DNA of 32,000 bases from Candidatus Saccharimonadota bacterium (lineage in GTDB: Archaea; Nanohalarchaeota; Nanosalinia; Nanosalinales; Nanosalinaceae). The notes under the pieces were generated by a model. That model was given only the letters and a program-made list of their open reading frames with translations, searched no databases and was not told the DNA's origin. Of the stretch, positions 24,744 to 32,000 are shown in pieces. The DNA lies in the NCBI RefSeq assembly GCF_029232205.1, contig NZ_CP107255.1, forward strand, positions 720,001 to 752,000. Direction: 5' to 3'. Numbering within the stretch: position 1 is the first letter of the stretch; the number at the start of each line of letters is the position of its first letter. The position numbers were made by a program, and so were the translations under genes.

Positions 24744-27008
24744 ATGGAGCTAAAAGGCCTGAAAAATTCTACAACAATAATTACAGCCCTACTTCTTACC
24801 GCAGGCCTCACCATAGCTCTAACAAGTTCAACCAGCCCTGCAGGATCAATACTTGAAGGTGAAGAACCAAAATCGCTGGCAGACACCGAAAACATAGAAA
24901 TACAGTCATCAACCAGCTCAGGCCTTCAGAAAGGACTCCAGGCCTACTACCGTTTTGACAACGTACAGGCCTCCAAGGGATACAGCCTGGAATTCGATGG
25001 AACAGATGATTATCTCAGCATTGATGACAGCTCGAGCGTGGATAATACTTTTGGTAGCACGTTCAACTTCACACTGACTGCCTGGGTAAAGATGAATGAA
25101 TGGGAGGACTGGAGAGGAATCCAGAACAAGGCAGGATGCGGGAACTGGAGCTGTACTACCGCCGGAATGTGGACTTATGGAGACGGAATAGTGGGAGTGA
25201 TCGGAATCGATGAAAGTGGAAACCCTCCGAATTCGTATGTAAGAGCTATTCACAAGCCCGGCCTGGGAGAATGGCATCATGCAGCAGCTGTAGGAAATGG
25301 AAGCCACGTCAAACTGTATATTGACGGAGATCTGAAAGACTCCGAGAAAATAACAGATAGCATCAAATCAAATCTCACAACTAACAATCACCCTTTGGTT
25401 GTAGGCCGTAGATGCGCTGGCTGCACTGAGTCAATAAACGGCTCTATAGCAAAAATCCAGGCCTTCAACAGAACTCTAAGCAGTTCGGAAATCTCCAATC
25501 TTTACAATTCGCTTCCTGTATCCGAGAAAGGGAAGGTTCTGTCAGTAGATCTGAATGATGGGCCTAGAAACTGCGATTTAACATCTTCAACTCATTGTCT
25601 TCTCGATAAATACTTCTACTCCAACGATGCAGAGGCTGTAAGCTTCAATGACAACAGTTTGGATACAGAATCCGGCTGGGAAAAGGAAACACCTATCAAC
25701 AGGCCATGGGGAAAAGATTACAGCGTTAATAACAACAAGGCCCGTTTCTTCGGCGGAAACCACGGATCTCTAAATGGATTCGAACTTGGAAACTCAAGCA
25801 CCTGGAAAAAAGGCGTAATAGATAGCGGTTCAGTTGGGCTTGATGGAAATGACAGCTACATTTCTATACCTGATGGAAACAGTCTTCAGCCCACGGATGA
25901 GATATCAGTAGGAATATGGGTTAAACAGAAAGGCGAAAACAACAATTCTGACGGCAACTCACAGATGCTTGTAGAGAAATACTTCTGGGGTTCTTGGGGC
26001 CTTCTACAGTGGGGAGGCGTAGGGAACACAGTTACCTGGCACGTAGAGTTCCAGGACGGGAATGATACAGAAGTTTCCACAACAACACCTCTAACTGCAG
26101 ATGGAGAATGGCACTACCTAATGGGAACGTACGATGGAAAACAGCTCAAAATCTATTTTGACGGAGAACTTGAGGACTCAACCAGTTACCCTGATAGACA
26201 GATAAGTACATCCGGAGGCAACATCTGGATAGGCCGTCACGGCAACAGCCCCCACCACTTCTGGTTCAATGGCTCTACAGACGATCTCCGAATATACAAC
26301 AAGGCCCTGAAAGAAGAGGAAGTCAAAGAGTTAAGCCAGAAGAAAAACGTAGAGAAAAATCTGGTTGGAAGATGGAACTTTGAGGAAGGGGAAGGAACAG
26401 AGGCCTATGACACCTCAAGATTTGAGAGAGGTGGAACCTTCAGCTCGGAAACTGTAAAGACCGGTAACTCAGACGATTACCTAAGGCTTAGATACGGGCC
26501 TGATAGATGGAACTTCGACAGCATCACCGTGTCGGCCTGGATATACCCTGACACTCTTCCAGCCTCCTCAGGATCTCATAGCGACGGCGCACACATCGCT
26601 GGCAGAGTCGGAGGAGTATCCGGACAGGCCGACACCTCAAATACAGATGACAACTGGAGAATTGCAGTAGGCAACTCCAAAATCGGTTTCTACACCGACT
26701 CAGAACAGAACTACGACCACAACATGTACACGCCAAAAATACTGAAAGAAGACAAATGGCAGCATATCACAGCAACCTACAACGCCACAACCTCCAGAAA
26801 GAAACTTTTTGTCAACGGAAAACTACAGACAGAAACAGTAGTATCAAGCAGTCCTCCAGACCCTCTCCACACCAACACCAACCCAGTCAGCATCTTCGGA
26901 ACCCGAAGCTGGGACAGCGACCAGGTATTCAATGGAATGATCGACGAACTAAGAATCTACAATCGTACACTCAGCGAAGACGAAGTAAAGAAACTGGCGC
27001 TAGACTGA
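24744..27008 (+). CDS. secreted/anchored multi-LamG protein, paralog 3 (three uninterrupted LamG units)
   Basis: Hydrophobic N-terminus TIITALLLTAGLTIAL. LamG closing motifs are INGSIAKIQAFNRTLSSSE, FNGSTDDLRIYNKALKEEE and FNGMIDELRIYNRTLSEDE. Confidence 0.85.
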   Translation: MELKGLKNSTTIITALLLTAGLTIALTSSTSPAGSILEGEEPKSLADTENIEIQSSTSSGLQKGLQAYYRFDNVQASKGYSLEFDGTDDYLSIDDSSSVDNTFGSTFNFTLTAWVKMNEWEDWRGIQNKAGCGNWSCTTAGMWTYGDGIVGVIGIDESGNPPNSYVRAIHKPGLGEWHHAAAVGNGSHVKLYIDGDLKDSEKITDSIKSNLTTNNHPLVVGRRCAGCTESINGSIAKIQAFNRTLSSSEISNLYNSLPVSEKGKVLSVDLNDGPRNCDLTSSTHCLLDKYFYSNDAEAVSFNDNSLDTESGWEKETPINRPWGKDYSVNNNKARFFGGNHGSLNGFELGNSSTWKKGVIDSGSVGLDGNDSYISIPDGNSLQPTDEISVGIWVKQKGENNNSDGNSQMLVEKYFWGSWGLLQWGGVGNTVTWHVEFQDGNDTEVSTTTPLTADGEWHYLMGTYDGKQLKIYFDGELEDSTSYPDRQISTSGGNIWIGRHGNSPHHFWFNGSTDDLRIYNKALKEEEVKELSQKKNVEKNLVGRWNFEEGEGTEAYDTSRFERGGTFSSETVKTGNSDDYLRLRYGPDRWNFDSITVSAWIYPDTLPASSGSHSDGAHIAGRVGGVSGQADTSNTDDNWRIAVGNSKIGFYTDSEQNYDHNMYTPKILKEDKWQHITATYNATTSRKKLFVNGKLQTETVVSSSPPDPLHTNTNPVSIFGTRSWDSDQVFNGMIDELRIYNRTLSEDEVKKLALD

Positions 27009-27049
27009 AAATCTATCTGAAATAATTACGAAACTTCTCGTCAACATGG

Positions 27050-27580
27050 CTATAGGTAGTCAGCATTTCTTATTTTTTCCAGAAAGTTCCTATACATCTG
27101 AACGTCCTCTTTATCTAGTTTTTTCAAGGCATCAAAGCGTTCATGGCTCTTTCCAGCTCCAACAGGATCTATAATCTTAATCCCTTCTTCCGGACTATAG
27201 AGTATATTGCCTTCCAGATCACCGTGTACTAGGCCATTTTCATGAAAAGTCTCTAAAGCACTCTCAACTTCATCAATAAGCTCTTCGCCCGCACCGTTCT
27301 CCAAGATATAGTCTCTAAGAGTTGTTCCCTCTATTCTTTCCAAGTAGAAGCCTTCCATTTCTCCAGATTCTCCGTAAATAGCCATCAAAGGCTCCGCAAC
27401 ATTTTCCGGCTCAAGTTCGTACATACTCTCCATATCATTAAACTCTCCTTGAATCTCCGGAAACCTTTCAGCAGCTCTAACCGGAATAGTTCTACCATTT
27501 AGGCCATCATCCTTGAAGTACTCCTCCGCCAGATCAAGCCAATAGAAATGATCTGCAGAAAGATTATCAAGCGAAGACAT
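27050..27580 (-). CDS. small protein-kinase-like (RIO/Bud32/Kdo-type) domain protein
   Basis: Catalytic-loop-like HENGLVHGDLEGNIL, a metal-binding-like IKIIDPVG, and a hinge-like FYLERIEGTTLRDY. No obvious Gly-rich loop. Only 176 aa. Confidence 0.5.
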   Translation of the reverse strand: MSSLDNLSADHFYWLDLAEEYFKDDGLNGRTIPVRAAERFPEIQGEFNDMESMYELEPENVAEPLMAIYGESGEMEGFYLERIEGTTLRDYILENGAGEELIDEVESALETFHENGLVHGDLEGNILYSPEEGIKIIDPVGAGKSHERFDALKKLDKEDVQMYRNFLEKIRNADYL

Positions 27581-27692
27581 AGATCATAAGAGACAAGACA
27601 ATTTTTTCAACCCAACCGCTAACAGACAATCACAATATCCAAGAAAAAAACTTAGTCATTGAACTGAGACAGAAAAGTCGAGCGGACCGGCC

Positions 27693-27718
27693 CTCCAACA
27701 ATCTCCAAGTTGCTCACT
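27693..27718. repeat. direct repeat copy A: CTCCAACAATCTCCAAGTTGCTCACT
   Basis: 23/26 identical to 28599-28624, with a further CTCTCCA match after a 4-nt indel. Immediately preceded by GGACCGGCCC (27684-27693), which equals the tRNA-Ile 3' end. Confidence 0.6.
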
Positions 27719-27743
27719 GCCTCTCCAAAATTGGATAATTCAC

Positions 27744-28526
27744 TTACTTTTTAACAAATATACCCTGACTATTTTTCTCGTATTTGCAGGATTTGGCGAA
27801 ATTTTTCTTACCCAAACCGAGAATTATAGGAGGGAATATCTTGCTAGGATAAGAATATTGAAGTTTAAAGCTTGCTTTCTTTTCGGAACTATTTTCTATA
27901 AACGCATTAAAGTCTATATTAAAAGGTTCAGTGGGAGGAAGAACAATACTTCCTTCTTTACTCCCTTCCGACATTTGAATATCCATATTTCTCGATTCTA
28001 TATTCCAAGACAATTCACCAGGAGAGGCTCCTTCATTTCTAAACCTTGTAAAAACCCTGTTTTCATTATCAGCTAGATCTGGACATTGATTTGTTCCTTG
28101 AACAGTGTAAATATGAGGCGCTCCAGAATACCAAGCAGCCGAGGTGCTTACAATATTAGCTGTGAATAGAAGGATAGTTGCTACGGCGAGTATGAATGTA
28201 TACCTTGAAAGTTTTTTTGAGAACCCTGTTGATTTTCTTTCTAAATTCCTCCTCTCCTGTTTCCTCTGTTCCTTTTTGAGGAATTCAATGCCTTTAGTTG
28301 TTATCTTCCATGTTGTTTTCGGATCTATAGGATCTCCATATTCATTAATACCCTTTGATGTGTCAATACTCTTTACTATCTTTCCTGATTCCGCTAAATA
28401 TGTCTCAATAGTCTCAATTTCCTTATCATTTAGATTAAATTCAACTCGTATCTGAGCCTTCAGAACGTACTTAGGATACCCCTCCTGCAACTTTGCTAAT
28501 ATTTCCTCGACAATTTCGAAGTCCAT
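27744..28526 (-). CDS. hypothetical membrane-anchored protein (wHTH-like N-terminus, one TM, beta-rich C-terminus)
   Basis: ATG 28526 (MDFEIVEEILAKL) is preferred to the TTG start at 28607. TM segment is YTFILAVATILLFTANIVS. AT-rich and Lys-rich, unlike the native genes. Confidence 0.5.
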   Translation of the reverse strand: MDFEIVEEILAKLQEGYPKYVLKAQIRVEFNLNDKEIETIETYLAESGKIVKSIDTSKGINEYGDPIDPKTTWKITTKGIEFLKKEQRKQERRNLERKSTGFSKKLSRYTFILAVATILLFTANIVSTSAAWYSGAPHIYTVQGTNQCPDLADNENRVFTRFRNEGASPGELSWNIESRNMDIQMSEGSKEGSIVLPPTEPFNIDFNAFIENSSEKKASFKLQYSYPSKIFPPIILGLGKKNFAKSCKYEKNSQGIFVKK

Positions 28527-28598
28527 CAATCTATATAGATATAAAAACGGAAGAATTAACTTTCTTTCCAAATTAATTCCGGGGTCACTGGAGGGAGT

Positions 28599-28624
28599 CT
28601 CCAACAATCTCCGAGTTACTTACT
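28599..28624. repeat. direct repeat copy B: CTCCAACAATCTCCGAGTTACTTACT
   Basis: See copy A. The two copies bracket the 27744-28526 gene. Confidence 0.6.
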
Positions 28625-28727
28625 CTCCAGAACGTCTTTTAGTTGTCAAATTCTTAAGTTTTTTAGTGTTGAAATTAAAGTACATTCTCTATTATAAGCC
28701 GTTTTAATTAACTCTTTTCTAGATTTT

Positions 28728-29465
28728 CTAACCGTCGATAAACTCTGGCGTCTTACCTAGGTCTTCAATCTCTTTCTTAATTCCCCCAGTTTCTTCTTCT
28801 ATATACTCCTTGACATCCGTTCCTTCGAACGCATTTTCTAGTTTCTGAATAGTTCCATAACCCAACCAGATTAAATGAACAACCTGGTTAAGCTCTTTAT
28901 CTTCGTCAGGCGTTCTATCAGACATAGAAGCGCCAAGCCTTACAGGGTGTGAAGCATAATTGCTTGAAAGATTATAGAAATCGCCATAGCGCTTGTTCTT
29001 CTTTTTCATTTCACCTTTCTTATTTCCTCTTATTTTGTGAAGTTTATCTACAATACTTAATTCCTCTTTCATTCTATCTTCTGTTGATAAGCCTTCTTCG
29101 TTTAGTTCCTTGACTTCTTGTTTCCATTCCTTCATCATATCTTTAGACTCCGCTCTATCTTCATTTAAACCTTCTAAAACCAAATAAGATTCGTATAAGT
29201 ATCTAAGAGTTCTCTTAAATGACTTGTAATTACAATACTTTGTGTTGATATATCCTTCTTCTAGATTAATCACAGAACTTGTATAGTGTAAGAAGATGTG
29301 CTTGTGATGGTCGTTGAATTCTTCTGGAAACTCTTGCTGGACTTTTTGAAGTTCTTGCATTTGGTTAAGAAGTCTCAGTAATATCGAAACAGGTTTCTTG
29401 TTTTTACCTTCAAGCCCTTCGTTCTGATTTGAAAGAATTCTTTTCTCTATATCTCCTGCGTCCAT
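28728..29465 (-). CDS. hypothetical Lys-rich protein
   Basis: 245-aa ORF in the AT-rich islet. No family recognised with confidence. Confidence 0.5.
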   Translation of the reverse strand: MDAGDIEKRILSNQNEGLEGKNKKPVSILLRLLNQMQELQKVQQEFPEEFNDHHKHIFLHYTSSVINLEEGYINTKYCNYKSFKRTLRYLYESYLVLEGLNEDRAESKDMMKEWKQEVKELNEEGLSTEDRMKEELSIVDKLHKIRGNKKGEMKKKNKRYGDFYNLSSNYASHPVRLGASMSDRTPDEDKELNQVVHLIWLGYGTIQKLENAFEGTDVKEYIEEETGGIKKEIEDLGKTPEFIDG

Positions 29466-29785
29466 ATCAGATATTTTCGTGCCAAACCTGTTATGATTTT
29501 CTCAAGTCGGAAATAAGCGTCGGTTTTTCAGCGTTCTTAGATATCTCTCTTAGTCCTCTATAAAATCTTTTTTCCTTAGGTGTATTTACGGAAGAATTCG
29601 TCTAGAACTTATTTGTTGTGTTCTGATAGTTCTGGATTTTTGAATAGTTTTTCGTGCGTCTGCTTTAGACTGTCAAACACCATTCTTGTGTTTTCTCCTT
29701 TAGTTGCCGCCGTTGAGCTAATATTAGGGTTTGGCGGAGAAGCAGTTCAAAAGATCTTTTGTTAAGATATGAACTCGGAGAAAGA

Positions 29786-29860
29786 TGGACCGGCCCAGAT
29801 TTGAACTGGGGATCTCCACGTTATCAGCGTGGCGCTATAACCTGGCTAAGCTACCGGTCC
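29786..29860 (-). tRNA. tRNA-Ile(GAU): tRNA-Ile, anticodon GAU
   Basis: Hand-folded: acceptor GGACCGG/CCGGTCC, anticodon arm CCACG-CTGATAA-CGTGG, T arm CCCAG-TTCAAAT-CTGGG. 75 nt, no encoded CCA. Confidence 0.9.
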
Positions 29861-29955
29861 TTTTTGACCTTGTGTAGTAGTGTTGACGGGTAAGTATTTT
29901 TAATGCAACGCTAGTAGCCAACTATTTTTATTCAAGTCGAACAGAGTATTTATTT

Positions 29956-30429
29956 GTGGGCCTAAAGCAGGAGTACGGCGAGAAAGTTGAAGAAGTTGAG
30001 GAGTCAGTTCACTTGATTACTTCGAAGAAGTCAGCGTCACGTGTGAAGACTGTGCTGGATTCTTTTCTGCCGCTTGTACTGATTCTGCTTTCGTTTGTAA
30101 TACTTTTCCAGTTCTTTAATTTCGGGCCTGCAGCGGATACGTATATCAGTTATCTTAACTATGTGGTTATTCTTTTCTTTGCTGCCAGGCTGGGTATAGG
30201 CCTGCGGCTTGCGCAGTCGAATACGAAGTTTGTTGAGGATCACTGGCTTGACATGTTGATGGTGATTCCTGCTCTCAGTATCTTGGAGGAGCTTGAGGTA
30301 GGTGCAATCTTCGAGCAGCAGATGGTGGGAGAGAAGGCTACGGCAGGAATAGCGATGGCCCGTAATCTAGGCCTGTCTGCCAAGATGACCAAGATAATCA
30401 GACTGGTTAAGAGAACTGTTACTTTCTGA
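29956..30429 (+). CDS. four-TM membrane protein with voltage-sensor-like features (GTG start)
   Basis: Hydrophobic helices are FLPLVLILLSFVILFQFF, YVVILFFAARLGIGL and WLDMLMVIPALSIL. A final basic helix is KMTKIIRLVKRTV. TATA-like CTATTTTTAT lies about 25-30 nt upstream. Confidence 0.45.
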   Translation: MGLKQEYGEKVEEVEESVHLITSKKSASRVKTVLDSFLPLVLILLSFVILFQFFNFGPAADTYISYLNYVVILFFAARLGIGLRLAQSNTKFVEDHWLDMLMVIPALSILEELEVGAIFEQQMVGEKATAGIAMARNLGLSAKMTKIIRLVKRTVTF

Positions 30430-30501
30430 ATAAGGGCCTTTTGGAACAGGTAAACTGTGGCTGAAGAGTTTGCTGTGTTAGAATAATTTTTTGAGAGGTT
30501 A

Positions 30502-30575
30502 TGGGCTCGACGGGATTTGAACCCGCGACTACCGGCTTAAAAGGCCGGTGCTCTGCCAGACTGAGCTACGAGCCC
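30502..30575 (-). tRNA. tRNA-Lys(UUU): tRNA-Lys, anticodon UUU
   Basis: Hand-folded: acceptor GGGCTCG/CGAGCCC, D arm GCTC/GAGC, anticodon arm CCGGC-CTTTTAA-GCCGG, T arm GCGGG-TTCAAAT-CCCGT. 74 nt, no encoded CCA. Confidence 0.9.
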
Positions 30576-30622
30576 CTCCTTGTAGAAAATAAATGAGAGG
30601 ATATGTTTTAAGTAAAAATCCC

Positions 30623-30841
30623 TTATACGGTTTCCTGCTCAAAGTTGCCGTACTGGATGTTCTGTAGAGAGCTGTAGGGTACGAAGATTTCTCGGGCCTC
30701 GATTCTGTGGGCCTTTTCGTCTTCGGTGATTACGTGAGGCTTTTCGGCCTCTACACCTTTTGCTTCTCTTTTCAGGTGTTCTTCGGATTCCAGTAGGAAG
30801 TCTCCGGATTCCGTTAGTAGGATTACTTCGTATTCTGCCAT
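30623..30841 (-). CDS. hypothetical 72-aa acidic protein, last gene of the Sm/L37e operon
   Basis: Its ATG (30839-30841) directly abuts the L37e stop codon (30842-30844). Confidence 0.5.
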   Translation of the reverse strand: MAEYEVILLTESGDFLLESEEHLKREAKGVEAEKPHVITEDEKAHRIEAREIFVPYSSLQNIQYGNFEQETV

Positions 30842-31002
30842 TTACTCTTTCCTTGGCTTTGCTTTGTTGAAGTCGTTTCTTTTGGATGTGTTTCCGAAGC
30901 CACATGCTGCGCATTCCTTCTTTCTGAGGTGGAATGCTTTCTTGCCGCATCTACGGCATTTGCCGTGGCTTTTCTTGTTTCGTTTTCCTTTGTTAAGTCC
31001 CA
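30842..31002 (-). pseudogene. rpl37e: ribosomal protein L37e (eL37), reading frame broken by an apparent 1-nt deletion (possibly a sequencing error)
   Basis: From ATG 31002 (SD AGGTGA 8 nt upstream) the frame reads [14 protein letters not shown]. The zinc-ribbon part [38 protein letters not shown] is in the -1 frame from about 30959. The span is 161 nt, not a multiple of 3, and the second frame has no in-frame start. Confidence 0.75.
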
Positions 31003-31029
31003 TTATGTGTCACCTGTGAAAAGTCGTTT

Positions 31030-31269
31030 TTATTCCGGGCTGACAAAGAGTACGTTGTCGCCTCTTACGAAGAGCTTACCGTAGTCTGTCTGTCCGTCTT
31101 CTGTCTTTACGGAAGCATTTTCAAGCCAGATGTTGAGGTGCTTGTCGAATGCCTGTAGTTCTCCTGAAACTGTAGGTTCCTGATCTCTTCCGTATGCTTT
31201 TAGTTTTACTAGTACGTTTCCTTCTTTGGCCCCATCTAGAACGTCAAAAGGCCTTTTGTTATCTGCCAT
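31030..31269 (-). CDS. Sm-like (LSm/SmAP) RNA-binding protein
   Basis: Sm1-like NVLVKLK....G.LQAFDKHLNIWL and Sm2-like FVRGDNVLFV. Lies upstream of L37e, as in many archaea. Confidence 0.85.
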   Translation of the reverse strand: MADNKRPFDVLDGAKEGNVLVKLKAYGRDQEPTVSGELQAFDKHLNIWLENASVKTEDGQTDYGKLFVRGDNVLFVSPE

Positions 31270-31355
31270 TGTTTAGAACACCTGTAAACATACAGAACCC
31301 TGACAACTTATATAAACCTGACTGGAGTAGAAAAATAGAGATATGATCTTGGTTA

Positions 31356-31931
31356 TTACTCAAGCAGATTTCCTAGATCTTTGAGGCCTTCGATAGCCTC
31401 TTGTGTTCTTTCAAGTTCATTTTCAGCATTGCTTTCGAAAGGTTCTGAATACGTTATGCGCATTTCACCATCTTGGATTTCTTCGTCATCGCTATCATAA
31501 GACGTATCAAACTCCAACATTACGCCAATCACACCGTCTGTATAGTTTACCCCAGCATTAATTTCTCCATCTATTGATGTTTTAATTGGATTTGGAAGTT
31601 GTGTGTTTTCTGATTCAGGAAGTGAGTCGTCAAACATTGCATCTTTATTTTTTCTCCAGTAATTGGATTCTTCTTGTCTCCCTGAAGCCTGAGCACTTGA
31701 TTCGCTCGCGCCTGCAACGTTTAGTAAGTACTTGGCAGCTTCATCTCTCTGAAGTTTTTCGGTTGTTGCACCTCTGTCTCCCCACTGGTATGTCATAGAA
31801 ACTTCTTCGGAAGGGTCTGAGATTGCCGTCTTAACCATTTGAGATGCTCCCGATGGCGTTGTCTTACCTGTTATTTTGATATCTGCTTCTGCGTCCATGT
31901 TGTTTTCGTAGTCTGAATCGACTGCTCTCAT
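31356..31931 (-). CDS. hypothetical acidic protein
   Basis: 191-aa ORF. No motif recognised. Confidence 0.5.
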   Translation of the reverse strand: MRAVDSDYENNMDAEADIKITGKTTPSGASQMVKTAISDPSEEVSMTYQWGDRGATTEKLQRDEAAKYLLNVAGASESSAQASGRQEESNYWRKNKDAMFDDSLPESENTQLPNPIKTSIDGEINAGVNYTDGVIGVMLEFDTSYDSDDEEIQDGEMRITYSEPFESNAENELERTQEAIEGLKDLGNLLE

Positions 31932-32000
31932 ATGTTGTTATTATGTAGTGACAAATAAAAAGGTTGTGGTGTTTGAAAGCAGGAATCAAGATTCTTTATA

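Noticed and set aside
18011-26736. About 20 short ORFs nested in or antisense to the three LamG genes (e.g. 18011-18205, 19618-19905, 20347-20631, 21374-21754, 24918-25307, 26524-26736)
   Set aside because: All are embedded in long ORFs with clear repeated domain signatures. None has independent support.
29580-29765. 61-aa ORF in the 320-bp gap before tRNA-Ile
   Set aside because: Non-ATG start, hydrophobic low-complexity translation and no SD or TATA context. The region is treated as non-coding.
14751-29781. Shared 10-mer AACTCGGAGA (14751-14760 and 29772-29781)
   Set aside because: A single 10-bp coincidence with no flanking similarity, which is within chance expectation for the window.
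30639-30950. 103-aa Arg/Lys-rich minus-strand ORF
   Set aside because: It is an off-frame reading across the L37e gene and the 72-aa gene. The L37e signature in the other two frames explains the locus.

Overview
The window looks archaeal. Evidence is an Sm-like protein and ribosomal protein L37e operon, three archaeal-type tRNAs without encoded CCA, BRE/TATA-like boxes about 24 nt upstream of many start codons, and GGAGGTGA-type SD sites inside operons. The native proteins are very acidic (D/E-rich) and spot-counted GC is about 44-48%. That suggests a low-GC halophile, possibly a Nanohaloarchaeota/DPANN-like genome, but this lineage call is inference only.

Three blocks:
(1) 1-9737: an AT-rich (about 35% GC) integrated element ending at tRNA-Thr(UGU). 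It carries a tyrosine integrase, a complete Type III restriction-modification pair (mod, res), four small ribbon-helix-helix genes, two winged-helix genes and a repeat-dense intergenic hub. Its distal end lies outside the window.
(2) 9738-27600: native genes. These include a truncated class I LysRS-like protein, two tandem Ser/Gly-rich paralogs, an amphi-Trp-like gene coupled to a GNAT, and a GTPase/DUF2073-like/Zn-ribbon triad with a four-hairpin spacer. A Nudix hydrolase and a glutaredoxin follow. The most striking locus is three paralogous secreted proteins (916, 1087 and 754 aa), each with three LamG units and a near-identical promoter box, with an orphan REC-PAS response regulator embedded among them.
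(3) 27600-32000: a second small AT-rich islet bounded by a 10-bp copy of the tRNA-Ile 3' end, then tRNA-Ile(GAU), tRNA-Lys(UUU), and the Sm/L37e operon. L37e is broken by a 1-nt frame change as given.

Across the window the palindrome AGGCCT (and AAGGCCTT) is roughly tenfold or more over-represented by my hand count. No CRISPR array, rRNA or transposase was seen.
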